A DNA stretch of 47,017 nt from Octopus bimaculoides (GCF_001194135.2 NC_068997.1:3143418-3190434), one strand, 5' to 3'. Shown: positions 11,844 to 24,071, numbered from the stretch's first letter. Made by a program: numbers and translations. Notes: generated by a model not told the origin, from the sequence alone.

Positions 11844-12792
11844 NNNNNNNNNNNNNNNNNNNNNNNNNNNNNNNNNNNNNNNNNNNNNNNNNNNNNNNNN
11901 NNNNNNNNNNNNNNNNNNNNNNNNNNNNNNNNNNNNNNNNNNNNNNNNNNNNNNNNNNNNNNNNNNNNNNNNNNNNNNNNNNNNNNNNNNNNNNNNNNNN
12001 NNNNNNNNNNNNNNNNNNNNNNNNNNNNNNNNNNNNNNNNNNNNNNNNNNNNNNNNNNNNNNNNNNNNNNNNNNNNNNNNNNNNNNNNNNNNNNNNNNNN
12101 NNNNNNNNNNNNNNNNNNNNNNNNNNNNNNNNNNNNNNNNNNNNNNNNNNNNNNNNNNNNNNNNNNNNNNNNNNNNNNNNNNNNNNNNNNNNNNNNNNNN
12201 NNNNNNNNNNNNNNNNNNNNNNNNNNNNNNNNNNNNNNNNNNNNNNNNNNNNNNNNNNNNNNNNNNNNNNNNNNNNNNNNNNNNNNNNNNNNNNNNNNNN
12301 NNNNNNNNNNNNNNNNNNNNNNNNNNNNNNNNNNNNNNNNNNNNNNNNNNNNNNNNNNNNNNNNNNNNNNNNNNNNNNNNNNNNNNNNNNNNNNNNNNNN
12401 NNNNNNNNNNNNNNNNNNNNNNNNNNNNNNNNNNNNNNNNNNNNNNNNNNNNNNNNNNNNNNNNNNNNNNNNNNNNNNNNNNNNNNNNNNNNNNNNNNNN
12501 NNNNNNNNNNNNNNNNNNNNNNNNNNNNNNNNNNNNNNNNNNNNNNNNNNNNNNNNNNNNNNNNNNNNNNNNNNNNNNNNNNNNNNNNNNNNNNNNNNNN
12601 NNNNNNNNNNNNNNNNNNNNNNNNNNNNNNNNNNNNNNNNNNNNNNNNNNNNNNNNNNNNNNNNNNNNNNNNNNNNNNNNNNNNNNNNNNNNNNNNNNNN
12701 NNNNNNNNNNNNNNNNNNNNNNNNNNNNNNNNNNNNNNNNNNNNNNNNNNNNNNNNNNNNNNNNNNNNNNNNNNNNNNNNNNNNNNNNNNNN
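11844..12792. other. Assembly gap (949 N)
   Basis: Run of N. Confidence 1.
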
Positions 12793-13230
12793 AAGAGAAC
12801 TGGCAGAGAAAATGCAATGCTCCCACACTGCTATAGAGAAGCAACTTCACTCGATGGGGAAGGTTCAGAAGTATGGAGCATGGGTTCCGCATGCTTTAAG
12901 TGACAACAACAAAAATCAACGAGCCACAATCTCCGCTGGTTTGCTTACTCGTCACCGCTCAACTCATGGATACATGCAACGATTTCTTTACCGAAACGTT
13001 ACTGGCGACAAAAAATGGTGCCTGTACATCAATAGGAAGCAGCGGTAAACAAGCGACACGGCGCGTGAAACAAGATCATCCGCGTAAAACGATGTGCTTA
13101 TGGTAGGACTGGAAAGGGATTATCCATTACGAATTGCTTGAACGGGACTAAACGGTCAACGCAGAACTCTATTTTTAACAGATGGAACGACTCAACATAG
13201 CTATTCAAGAGAAAAAGACCTAATCGGCAG
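12793..13230 (+). mobile_element. Internal fragment of a second mariner subfamily (mellifera-like) transposase pseudogene
   Basis: RELAEKMQCSHTAIEKQLHSMGKVQKYGAWVPHALSDNNKNQR...VTGDKKWCLYIN.../KQATRRVKQDHPRKTMCLW*DWKGIIHYELLE..TVNAELY..QMERLN.AIQEKRPNRQ. Has WVPHxL and TGD(E>K)KW motifs, stops and a deletion. Confidence 0.88.
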
Positions 13231-13316
13231 TACCCTCTCATACATTTTCAGATAGATAGATAGATAGATAGATAGAACCTCTCTACTGGAAGAAGAATGC
13301 GTCAAATTTTTCGGGA

Positions 13317-13483
13317 ATGGATTAAGTTGATTGCATTGTCCCCAGTGCGTAACCGGTACTAATTTAATTGATCCCGAAGGTTGAAAACCAAAGTCAACCT
13401 CGGCGAAATTTGAACTCCCATCGTAGCGACGAGCGAAATACCTATTTCGTTACTGCCCACAAGGGGCTACACACAGAGGGGAC
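13317..13483 (-). mobile_element. SINE family A variant, fused to a second unit and cut by a gap
   Basis: CCCAGTGCGTAACCGGTACTAATTTAATTGATCCCGAAGG...CCTCGGCGAAATTTGAACTC matches 40775-40865. It then continues into a different segment (TATTTCGTTACTGCCCACAAGGGGCTACACACAGAG). Confidence 0.85.
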
Positions 13484-13583
13484 NNNNNNNNNNNNNNNNN
13501 NNNNNNNNNNNNNNNNNNNNNNNNNNNNNNNNNNNNNNNNNNNNNNNNNNNNNNNNNNNNNNNNNNNNNNNNNNNNNNNNNNN

Positions 13584-13676
13584 GACAGACAGACAGACAG
13601 GCAGGCAGGCAGACAGGCAGGCAGGCAGGCAGGCAGGCAGACACAGACAGACAGACATACAGACAGAAAGACAGAC

Positions 13677-13710
<34 letters not shown>
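13584..13710. repeat. (GACA)n/(GGCA)n/(GATA)n tetranucleotide array
   Basis: Directly visible. Confidence 0.95.
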
Positions 13711-13711
<1 letters not shown>

Positions 13712-15445
13712 AGGGATTCTCCACCAAATATTTACAAGTTCTTTTTTATAGTATTGCTCTATATGTATTTCGAAAACCAATTCCAAGAAGGAAATATATA
13801 CGTATGTGCATGCTTGTGTGTGTGGGGGGGGGGGCGGTATACATATATTGATACATACATATATATGTTACATACACATATTAGGCACACATATCCACAC
13901 AAATAAAACACAAACTCACACTTACTTGCACACATACACCCACACATACGCACACATGTATATGTGTGCCAGATATATATCGGTAAAATATGTAAAAAAA
14001 ACAGTAAAGAATCGGCGGAACTAGTATTCTCATATAAAGAAATATTTTGTGAGATAGTTCGTTTGTCACTTCCACTGGTAGAAAGTACAAGAAAACTGAT
14101 TCGACCGTAGGAAACTTGCATCTAATTATGCCACTTTTCATCATTTTTCAGCAAAATACGTTATAAAAATGGATATTTATTTGATGTAGTAAGGAATTAA
14201 ATTTTATTGAAGGAAAAAATCTTATTCAGCCATGTTTATATTGTCGACCGTAGATACTGACCCTCACTAAATTCGATTTTATTGTCTTAATCATATCATC
14301 AATTAGCATTATTTTCATAAACCAGTTATGTAGGACCGATTCAAAGATATTACTCTATTCGATGTAGTCATATGTCACACTCTTGTTAATAAGGAATTTC
14401 TTCAGTTATTTCCTAGACTCCTTCTGTTCTACAGGAAATAAATTTTGTCTCAGAAAGATGTTTTAGTTTTTTACATTCATCCTATTTAAATATTGGGCAC
14501 AGAATTTAACTCTGTTCTTGGAAATTTCGTATCTAGCAAAGTTATTTCGGAAGCACATTTTAGAATTTTGGTACCATAGTACGCATGAAATTCGTATACA
14601 AGTAGAGCAGGAGATTGACGCATGTGCTTTGATATCTAATATAGGCATTATAACTGTTTTATTGGAAGATCTAAAGTTTTTCACCTATATTTAGCTACTA
14701 CATTAAATTAATATTTATGAAAATTACATACATTTTGTAAACATTTATCAAAATTGGTATTTTTTATTACATATATCTCGTCGCTCCAACACGATCAGGA
14801 GACGAAAAATTAATAAAATACATAAAATATCAGTGACATAACAGTGGTAAGAGTAAACAGTATTACAGCGTGGGAAGAAATAATACACCACCCAGCCAAT
14901 AAATTCATTCCGTTCTATATTAATTGAAAGTCGAAAGATGTAGAATACGCATAAAAAAAACACGGCTGATTTGGCAAGTGCACTAGTTTAACTAGAGCAG
15001 CTGCCTATTTCGAGGTTGTTGAATATGATAAATTCTGATTTGTTTACTTATTTGGCAGCAACAATTGTCTGACATATATCTATATTTAACTTGGTATCTT
15101 TTTGTCTTTTTACAATCTTGTGTGTTTGTGTTTGTGTGTGTTTGTGCATGTGTGTGTTGTGTGTGTGCGTGCGTGCGTGTGTGTGTGTGTGTGTGACTGT
15201 GTGTGTGTGTTTGTGTGTGTATTGGAAACGCCTCGTTTGCTCTTTTCTAGCAACCCTTAAAATGGCGAGGGCTTAATCTAAATGGACATGGAGGAAATTA
15301 ACTTTAATATTAACATTTCATCCAAGTTTCTGAAATGGAAGATTTATTTATTAGATCGCTTAAAGATTCGTTGTGGCCCAGGACGTTTTTCACAACTTCT
15401 GCGAACGCAACCCAAGCATTCTTTTTTTTAGTTTTAAATAAACGA

Positions 15446-15590
15446 TGGCGTAGCGAGTGTGTGCTGCCTAGGGTAGCCTTTGGGGTTTGTCGTCCCCACC
15501 CTTTCGAAGACTTCACAGGCTTGTATAGCAATCCTAAAAGTACCTTCCGGGACCGACAGCCTCATATCCCCCACTGTCTTCATAACTGCA
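15446..15590 (-). mobile_element. Degraded second copy of the GC-rich MITE at 23908
   Basis: TGGCGTAGCGAGTGTGTGCTGCCTAGGGTAGCCTTT aligns with the reverse complement of 24032-24070 (TAGCGTAGCTAGAGTGTGTGCCGCCCGGGGCGGCCCTT). The distal part aligns loosely with the other arm, with a deletion between AAAAGT repeats. Confidence 0.6.
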
Positions 15591-16000
15591 ATTAAACTTA
15601 TAAAAAGCTATATATATGCAAACATGCATATATATATATATANNNNNNNNNNNNNNNNNNNNNNNNNNNNNNNNNNNNNNNNNNNNNNNNNNNNNNNNNN
15701 NNNNNNNNNNNNNNNNNNNNNNNNNNNNNNNNNNNNNNNNNNNNNNNNNNNNNNNNNNNNNNNNNNNNNNNNNNNNNNNNNNNNNNNNNNNNNNNNNNNN
15801 NNNNNNNNNNNNNNNNNNNNNNNNNNNNNNNNNNNNNNNNNNNNNNNNNNNNNNNNNNNNNNNNNNNNNNNNNNNNNNNNNNNNNNNNNNNNNNNNNNNN
15901 NNNNNNNNNNNNNNNNNNNNNNNNNNNNNNNNNNNNNNNNNNNNNNNNNNNNNNNNNNNNNNNNNNNNNNNNNNNNNNNNNNNNNNNNNNNNNNNNNNNN

Positions 16001-16044
<44 letters not shown>

Positions 16045-16689
16045 TATTTTATACGATCTCCTCTATACATTCCTGTTCGCTACCCCTACTGTATTAATTA
16101 CTATTCTGTCCCCTTTCTCTTTCTCTCTCATTTGTCTCCCCTAGCAAAACAGATAACTCTTACCTCCAACAACACACATAATCCCCCTCCACTCCTAAAA
16201 GCAAATTATTCTGCTCAAAAACCATAAAATTCCAAAATACGGAATTCTCATCATCTGCATATATCTCCATTCCACCAATATTCTGTATTCACCAACGAAA
16301 CCACTAAAACTCTTTTCACTACAAATATATTTATTGTATGCACCAGAAATCTTATTTTCACAAACAAAGAGACAACCATTTCTGTTTAATTACCAAAATC
16401 ACTTCTCCCACATATTCTCACAACGCCATATTGTCAAACAAAAATATACCAACAAATCAGCCAGGCGCAAACTATCAGCCGAAACCACACTAAATCACCG
16501 ATTTTAATTAGAAAATAAAGAGAAATACTAACAACTGCGACTCCAAAACAGGACTACATGAAGTTTTCACACACTGTGCTTCATATTCGCAGCCAAATAA
16601 ATACAACAGTAATCGTTTGGAATCCCAGCATCTATGAGAACTTTACCTCCCTACCATTCGGAATGAAATTGTAACATATTCGATCTACG

Positions 16690-16985
<296 letters not shown>

Positions 16986-17110
16986 GAATACGTGGGAACT
17001 GCCTTTTTATCTTGTTATCTAAATGCTCTTTTTCTATTGTGCTGCATACATTTATAAATTATCACACCATAGTTTCATTAGGCTCATTTACATCTTTAGT
17101 TTTTTTCGAC

Positions 17111-17182
17111 GACAACAACAGCAGCAACAACAACAACAGCAGCAGCAGAAACAGCAAAACAACAACAACAACAACAACAACA
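17111..17182. repeat. (CAA)n/(CAG)n array
   Basis: Directly visible. Confidence 0.95.
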
Positions 17183-17219
17183 ATATTAATCAGCATTCCT
17201 GCTAACTAGTATCAACATA

Positions 17220-17732
17220 ATACTGAAGGTAAAAATGTAGCAATCCTCTTGGATTTTCCCCTCAACACTAATAGAACAACCCAGATTAAGCGACCAGATA
17301 TAATTATTATAGACAGGGAAGAAAATACTTCTGGAATCATAGATGCAAGTGTCCCCACTGATAAAATATATGTCTTAAACAATTTGGCAATCTTAGCAAG
17401 TATAATTACCAGGAATTTGAATTACAAACGATGTGGCATCTTAAAAAACAGAAGCAGTTCCCATTGTTGTGGATGCCATAAGTATGATAAAGAGGGGATA
17501 TCAGAAACATCTAGACAAGATCCCAGGAGAACCATAAGAAGATGCTGACAAATACTGCCCACATTTTAAGAAAAACCCAATTAATTTATATGATCGTGTT
17601 ATATGAATGTATGTTTGTACTGTCATCCCACATCCACTCCTAAAGCTCTCAGTTATATTTCAACATATTTTACCTTTCATTTGCCCCAGGGCTCTTGGCA
17701 TGTACTGGCAAGTGATTGCATCAATTATTCGG
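17220..17732 (+). mobile_element. Older R4/Dong-type RLE-LINE 3' fragment with 3' UTR, followed by (AAT)n
   Basis: TEGKNVAILLDFP..TNRT...RPDIIIID.EE.TSGIIDASVP / LSKY..QEFELQTMWHLK / TEAVPIVVDAISMIKRG..KHLDKIPG / TNTAHILRK. Restriction-like endonuclease PD-(D/E)xK layout with frameshifts. Confidence 0.8.
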
Positions 17733-17794
17733 ATAATAATAACAATAATAATAATACTAATAAGAATAAAAATAATAATAATAATAATAATAAT

Positions 17795-18340
17795 AAGCTA
17801 TGCCAACACTATGGAATAACAACAGAAACAAATGGTATAGGCACACGCAAGAAAAGGTCACAGAGAATGAGAAAGCAACCATACTCTGGGATATGCCAAT
17901 ACACACATATAGAGAAATTAAGGCCAATAGTCCAGATATAGTTGTCAGAGATCATGAATGAAAAAAATGCTTTCTAATTGATGTATCAATACCAGCAGAT
18001 GACAACGTTTCCCTAAAAGAAATGGAGAAACTTTCAAAATGCAAAGACTTGGAAATAGAGGTAACTCGAATGTGGAATCTAAAAACTGAAACAATTCCTA
18101 TTATAGTAGGTGCCTTAGGTATGATTAAAAAATATTCAGGCAAATACATAACAAAAACACCAGGACTTACAAATATATATAACATACAGAAAATTGCACT
18201 ACTGGGCACTGCACACTCCCTACGCAAAACACTTTCAATACAGAAACCATAAGAGCATCACAGTAAACCACAGCACATACCCAAGGCACGCAGAGCTGCG
18301 CTCGGTAGTGAAGTGAAAGCACGCTATAAAAATAAAACTA

Positions 18341-18343
<3 letters not shown>
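17795..18343 (+). mobile_element. Younger 5'-truncated R4/Dong-type RLE-LINE with (AAT)n on both sides
   Basis: KLCQHYGIT../WYRHTQEKVTENEKATILWDMPIHT.REIKANSPDIVVRD..*KKCFLIDVSIPADDNVSLKEMEKLSKCKDLEIEVTRMWNLKTETIPIIVGALGMIKK...TAHSLRKTLSIQKP* (stop at 18250-18252), then a ~90-bp 3' UTR and (AAT)n. Confidence 0.9.
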
Positions 18344-18439
<96 letters not shown>

Positions 18440-18481
18440 TAAAATAATAATAATAATTATAATAATAATTATAATAATAAT
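18344..18481. repeat. (AAT)n array (LINE tail/target)
   Basis: Directly visible. Confidence 0.97.
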
Positions 18482-18519
18482 ACATGAAAAAAAAGACAGG
18501 CACTGAACTTAACAATATG

Positions 18520-19010
18520 AAAACCAAAAAAAAAAAAAAATTGTATCAGAATAGCTGAAGGTCAAATACACCGAACCACGAAATTATAATAACCTTCCCA
18601 AGATTTGCAACTCAAAGTAAAATGATAGACTGATAATCGAGGTAAATATACTTATAAAATCCATCATGACTGAAAATGAAGTAGTTCTCACTTCACTAAA
18701 TCATTTACTTTATGCTACAACTTGAGAGACTTAACATATAAACAGGAAACCAGCATGATAAGAGGGAATTAGAAACAAAATTAGTCTACTCACATCTGAT
18801 ATTGAAATGCTCAAGAATATCAAAGACAAAAACAATGTTAATGTAACAAACTCTATGAAGCTGTGAAGAAAATGACATAAAAATGATAAGTGAAATCGAA
18901 AAAGCAATCGAAAACATAATAAGCCAATATTTCAATCTAAAGCAACATGCATTAAGTCGCTTGGGAAAAAATGAAACTTTTTCGAGGAAGACTATTCGTA
19001 AAGAGATACT
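18520..19010 (+). mobile_element. Possible degraded R4/Dong LINE fragment (ORF region N-terminal to RT)
   Basis: SLNHLLYATT, IRNKISLLTSDIEML and SKATCIKSLGKK*NFF resemble the NHLxYA / RIxxKIxxLxxD / AKAxRIxRY motifs upstream of R4/Dong RT. Confidence 0.45.
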
Positions 19011-19084
19011 ATGAACGCTTCAGACATTGACATAAACTGTACCGTTTTTCAATGTGATTCTCTATCAAAACTACTCTTTTGCAT

Positions 19085-19251
19085 GGCTCTCATCGTCTTC
19101 CCTTCTTTTGGACTGTCCTCTTTTTCTGAAGAAGAGCTCTGCTGGAAACGAAAAATCTTCTCTCTTTCTTTCCCTGAGGGTCTGATAACAGTAATTGTAC
19201 CACGTCCTCGCGTTGTTGTTTCTTGTTTGTTGTTCTTTGTTTGGATTCAAA

Positions 19252-19256
<5 letters not shown>
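19085..19256 (+). mobile_element. PLE-type terminal repeat (solo pLTR-like) with decayed hammerhead-like motif
   Basis: TTTTT-CTGAAGA-A-GAG(CTCTG)CTG-GAAACG-AAAAAT at 19121-19155, followed by a pyrimidine- and GTT-rich tail like those at 7787 and 35980. Confidence 0.55.
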
Positions 19257-19292
<36 letters not shown>

Positions 19293-19296
<4 letters not shown>

Positions 19297-19456
19297 ACGG
19301 GCTACTTTCAGCTTTCCTCGACCAAATCCACTCACAAGTTTTTGGTCGGCCCGAGGCTATTACAGAAGACACTTACCCAAGGTGTCACACAGTGGAACTG
19401 AACCCGGAACCATGTCGTTGGAAATCAAGCTACTTACCACACAACCACACCTATGC
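19293..19456 (-). mobile_element. tRNA-derived SINE family B, 5' half
   Basis: Reverse complement GCATAGGTGTGGTTGTGTGGTAAG...GGTTCCGGGTTCAGTTCC...CTTGGGTAAGTGTCTTCT...GTGAGTGGATTTGG, with A-box/B-box-like head. Homologous to 23442. Confidence 0.88.
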
Positions 19457-19861
19457 AATTATAAACTCTTACAGTTGTATAATAGATGTATGTGGTGTGA
19501 AGCCATAATTTCGCACCAAAATCTGTGAAAGAAGTAGTTACTGCGTCAGCAAATCTGAAGACACTAACTTATTGTGTGGCAAATCTTTAGTGAATTGAAT
19601 TAATCTGACAGCAATAACACAAGTCAAATTTATCAACACAGATAAGACTCCACTAAATTTTCGCCTCTTCTATCTGGACAATACATCATTGATAGATTAA
19701 TAATGCCATCATACTTCTTATTCATTGTAATAGGATCAGCTGATTCTTTTCTTACACTTGCCGTTTCTGTTAGAATGCTATTCTCAATCGAATACCTTCA
19801 ATTTTGTCATTATACGTTTTAGAGTTCAAATCGTACGTATCTTTTTTTGTTTTTTTTTTAC

Positions 19862-20107
19862 ATCTTTCAGTCATTACACTACGGCCATGCTGGGTCACCG
19901 CCTTCATGAATCTTTTTTGTCGAACGAATCGATATCAGTATTTACTTTTTTAAGCCTGGTACTTATTCTATCGGTCCATTTGCCGAGTCGCTAAGTTATA
20001 GGGATATCAACACACGAACACCGGTTATCAAGTGGTGGTGGGAGAAAAATACACACACACATACGCACACCCACGCACACACACATGCACACACACATAC
20101 ACACACG

Positions 20108-20183
<76 letters not shown>

Positions 20184-20251
20184 GCTACACACATGCCTTT
20201 GGTCAGCTTGACGCTATAGCAGAAGACATCTTCCGAAGGTGCCACGTAATG
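19862..20251 (-). mobile_element. SINE family B with internal (CA)n(TA)n; head cut by gap
   Basis: Tail TTTCAGTCATT...GGCCATGCTGG, core CCTGGTACTTATTCTATCGGTC, and head part CTATAGCAGAAGACA...AAGGTGCCACG. Confidence 0.88.
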
Positions 20252-21246
20252 NNNNNNNNNNNNNNNNNNNNNNNNNNNNNNNNNNNNNNNNNNNNNNNNN
20301 NNNNNNNNNNNNNNNNNNNNNNNNNNNNNNNNNNNNNNNNNNNNNNNNNNNNNNNNNNNNNNNNNNNNNNNNNNNNNNNNNNNNNNNNNNNNNNNNNNNN
20401 NNNNNNNNNNNNNNNNNNNNNNNNNNNNNNNNNNNNNNNNNNNNNNNNNNNNNNNNNNNNNNNNNNNNNNNNNNNNNNNNNNNNNNNNNNNNNNNNNNNN
20501 NNNNNNNNNNNNNNNNNNNNNNNNNNNNNNNNNNNNNNNNNNNNNNNNNNNNNNNNNNNNNNNNNNNNNNNNNNNNNNNNNNNNNNNNNNNNNNNNNNNN
20601 NNNNNNNNNNNNNNNNNNNNNNNNNNNNNNNNNNNNNNNNNNNNNNNNNNNNNNNNNNNNNNNNNNNNNNNNNNNNNNNNNNNNNNNNNNNNNNNNNNNN
20701 NNNNNNNNNNNNNNNNNNNNNNNNNNNNNNNNNNNNNNNNNNNNNNNNNNNNNNNNNNNNNNNNNNNNNNNNNNNNNNNNNNNNNNNNNNNNNNNNNNNN
20801 NNNNNNNNNNNNNNNNNNNNNNNNNNNNNNNNNNNNNNNNNNNNNNNNNNNNNNNNNNNNNNNNNNNNNNNNNNNNNNNNNNNNNNNNNNNNNNNNNNNN
20901 NNNNNNNNNNNNNNNNNNNNNNNNNNNNNNNNNNNNNNNNNNNNNNNNNNNNNNNNNNNNNNNNNNNNNNNNNNNNNNNNNNNNNNNNNNNNNNNNNNNN
21001 NNNNNNNNNNNNNNNNNNNNNNNNNNNNNNNNNNNNNNNNNNNNNNNNNNNNNNNNNNNNNNNNNNNNNNNNNNNNNNNNNNNNNNNNNNNNNNNNNNNN
21101 NNNNNNNNNNNNNNNNNNNNNNNNNNNNNNNNNNNNNNNNNNNNNNNNNNNNNNNNNNNNNNNNNNNNNNNNNNNNNNNNNNNNNNNNNNNNNNNNNNNN
21201 NNNNNNNNNNNNNNNNNNNNNNNNNNNNNNNNNNNNNNNNNNNNNN
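20252..21246. other. Assembly gap (995 N)
   Basis: Run of N. Confidence 1.
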
Positions 21247-21316
<70 letters not shown>

Positions 21317-22340
21317 GTATGTGCTGTTAATTGTATGCATACATTTACTCTCTATGTAGATTCTGCTGTGATTTCGTTATGCACACACAGACAAACACAG
21401 ACAAACACATATGTCATTACATTTTGATCAATTCAGTCGAATATATACACCCTATACAGTTCACATATCTAATTAAAAACGAATGTATTCTACGCTTAAA
21501 TGTTGCTAATTATTAAGTGATAATCAAGAATTAAGAATTTCTAACGGGAGAAAAATTTGTGAGAAAATGAATAAAGGCTTGCTAACAAACGAGGGGTTTG
21601 AAATAGGGTTTATTTGTGATTTTCTATCGAAAGTAGGTAAGCGAAAAACTTAGCACTGGATATGTCGCTGGTCTATCTTATGCTAGTTTGCTAAACGAAA
21701 CGTGAAACAAAAGGAGTGTAGAATAATCTTCTATTATGCAGAAATATGATCTACTACGCTGTTATATGAATTGCTTGAAATAGTAGTCAAACTGAATGGA
21801 GGTACTTGCTACTATTGCTTTACACATCTTAAACAACACTATATAACCATTCTCGGAACATTTTTCACCGTAGCTCTGTATAATCAATGCTGAAGTGAAG
21901 ATAAGAGACAACATTTACAATATACCTGCCTGATTCAATCTTGAACTCATGACCTATAGCTTTGCAGTGCAATGCTTTCTCCATTGTATCATAATTAATT
22001 AATGGCTGACATTTTCACCTTCAATCTTTTAGATATGATTCAATGTCATTGACTCCGTCAGGGTGTCTTTAATGTAGAATTACCAGTGAATGTATACACA
22101 AGAATGAGAGAAGCATTCCTGGAATGGTTTAGCAAATTAACTGACAATAGATAATGAAGAATTTAACGTTTCGGACGTTCATTTCACTGAGAATGATGAA
22201 TGAAGAAATATAGAAAATGGTGTCGTAGACTTAGTCATTAGGAATGTATACTCGCTGAATTCCCTCTTTCAATTCTATCTAGTCTTCATTTGGCGGATTA
22301 TAACCAAGGTAGAAACATAGTCTCAATGTTATTATTTAAT

Positions 22341-22768
22341 GTCAAGCTGGCAGAACCGTTAGTACGCAAAATTGCTTATTGATTTTTCTTCCGGCTTTAC
22401 GCGCTGAGTTCAAATTCCGCCGAGGCCCACTTTACGTTTTATACTTTCAGAGTCGATAAAATAAGTAACAGTTGAGCACTAAGTTCGATGTAATCGACTT
22501 ACTATCTCTCTCGAAACTGGTGGACTTGTGCAGCAATTTGAAACCATTATTTAACAACAGACTAGCAGAACCTTTAGCACGCAAAACAAAATGCTTAGTG
22601 GCATTTTCTCTGGCATTACATTCTGAGATCAAATTCTGCCGAGGTTGACTTTGTCGTTCATCATATCAGAATTGATAAAATGGCTACCAGTCAAGTACTG
22701 GTCTCAATGTAATCAACTACCCCCTCTCCTAAATATCAGATCTTGTGCCTATAGAAAAGGGATTGTTT
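22341..22768 (+). mobile_element. Head-to-tail dimer of SINE family A (22341-22551, 22553-22768)
   Basis: Both units show GCTGGCAGAA..TTAG.ACGC...GAGTTCAAATTCCGCCGAGG...TCGATAAAATAAGTA.CAG...GATGTAATC.ACT. Confidence 0.88.
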
Positions 22769-23441
22769 AGCTGATACGACTCTTCCAGTGGTTAATTCTT
22801 AATGACATCAGCACATCATCATCAGTGGACGTGGATTCAAGACAAGACTTTCATCTCAACTAGCAACTAATAGTCGCATTCATCACTGATTCTACACAAA
22901 GAGAGACGGTGAGTGAGAGAGTCAGAGAGAGAGACAAGCAGACAGAAATACATCCGCCCCAACTCACACACACTAGTGGTGTATATTCTATTGCCGGAAA
23001 AGACACCCACGCAATGTGTTTTTAGGATTCGTGTGGTTGATGTTATTTGTCAGTATGTCAGCTTTGATACAGCAAACGTTTGGCCTACAGCATTCCAACC
23101 GTGGTTGCTTCGACTTTTTTCCATTGAAGCAGTATAACCATGACCACATAATCTAATCTGTACTTTGCTTGTAAGGTGTTACGGTGTAATTTGTATGTGA
23201 TTTGACAGGTGCTTTTAGCAGGTCGAGCAAACTGCCAAAATGCTCATCCGTCAGATCGATTCTAATGTTGATATTGACATGTATAAGAAAACAAGGTAGA
23301 ACTCAGCGGACAAAGCTCCAGATATTACAGCTGTAACCAAATCTCTGGACTTTGATTGGAAGCTAGAAGTAGTTCTCTGCGCGTTACCTCTCCTACACAG
23401 AAATTGAAATCATCAGAGCAAATTAAATAATCGCTAAATTT

Positions 23442-23820
23442 GGGCGCAGGCGTGACTGTCTGGTAAGAAGTTTACTTCTCAGCCACATAGTTCCCGGCTC
23501 AGTATTTCTGCTGTAGATTCTGACTAATCAATTACTTGTGAGTGGATCTGGTAGATGGAAACTGAAAGAAACCCGTCGTATGTATTTATCTATTTGTGTG
23601 TCTTTGTGTGTGTGTTTGTCCCCTGCCACCGCTTGACATCTTGTGTTGGTGTTTTACGTTCTCGTAAGTTTTAGGCTCGACCAAAGTAGCCAATAGAATA
23701 CGCTCCAGATTTTACAGAAGAATAACGAGTACTGGGCTTAATTCGTTCGACAATAATTCATAAAGGCGATTCTCCATCATAGTCGTAGTCTAATGACTGA
23801 AACAAGACAAAAAAAAGAAA
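23442..23820 (+). mobile_element. Full-length diverged SINE family B
   Basis: GGGCGCAGGCGTGACTGTCTGGTAAGAAG head, GTGAGTGGATCTGGTAGATGGAAACTGAAAG, central (TG)n, and tail AATGACTGAAACAAG. Confidence 0.88.
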
Positions 23821-23907
23821 AACTTGCTATTTTCTGAGAAATAATGGTTCTTGTCTCGTCACGGCAGCGATTTATTTTAGGGAATGTTATAAAACTATTA
23901 TTTCAAT

Positions 23908-24071
23908 TACTAGCGCAGCAAGCGGGGGCGGTAGGGCAGTTCTCCCCGTGCGGCACTTTTAAAGGGGGACCACTTTTGGGTCCGCTGTAGGCAACATGTG
24001 TTTTGTGTGCGGTCCAGGAACAGCAAGCGGAAGGGCCGCCCCGGGCGGCACACACTCTAGCTACGCTAGTA
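23908..24071 (+). mobile_element. GC-rich MITE-like element, 164 bp
   Basis: Terminal inverted repeats TACTAGCGCAGC...GCTACGCTAGTA (11/12). GC-rich island in AT-rich DNA, with a second copy at 15446. Confidence 0.7.

Noticed and set aside
11797-12892. Long ORFs of 340-450 aa (also 15480-16227, 19991-21427, 34585-35121, 37605-38378)
   Set aside because: They stay open only because they cross N gaps.
10569-13230. A single mariner or a composite transposon spanning the gap
   Set aside because: The two sides are on opposite strands, overlap in protein region, and belong to different subfamilies.
14463-14692. Open frames of about 75 codons on both strands
   Set aside because: No recognisable motif, and the length is within chance expectation.
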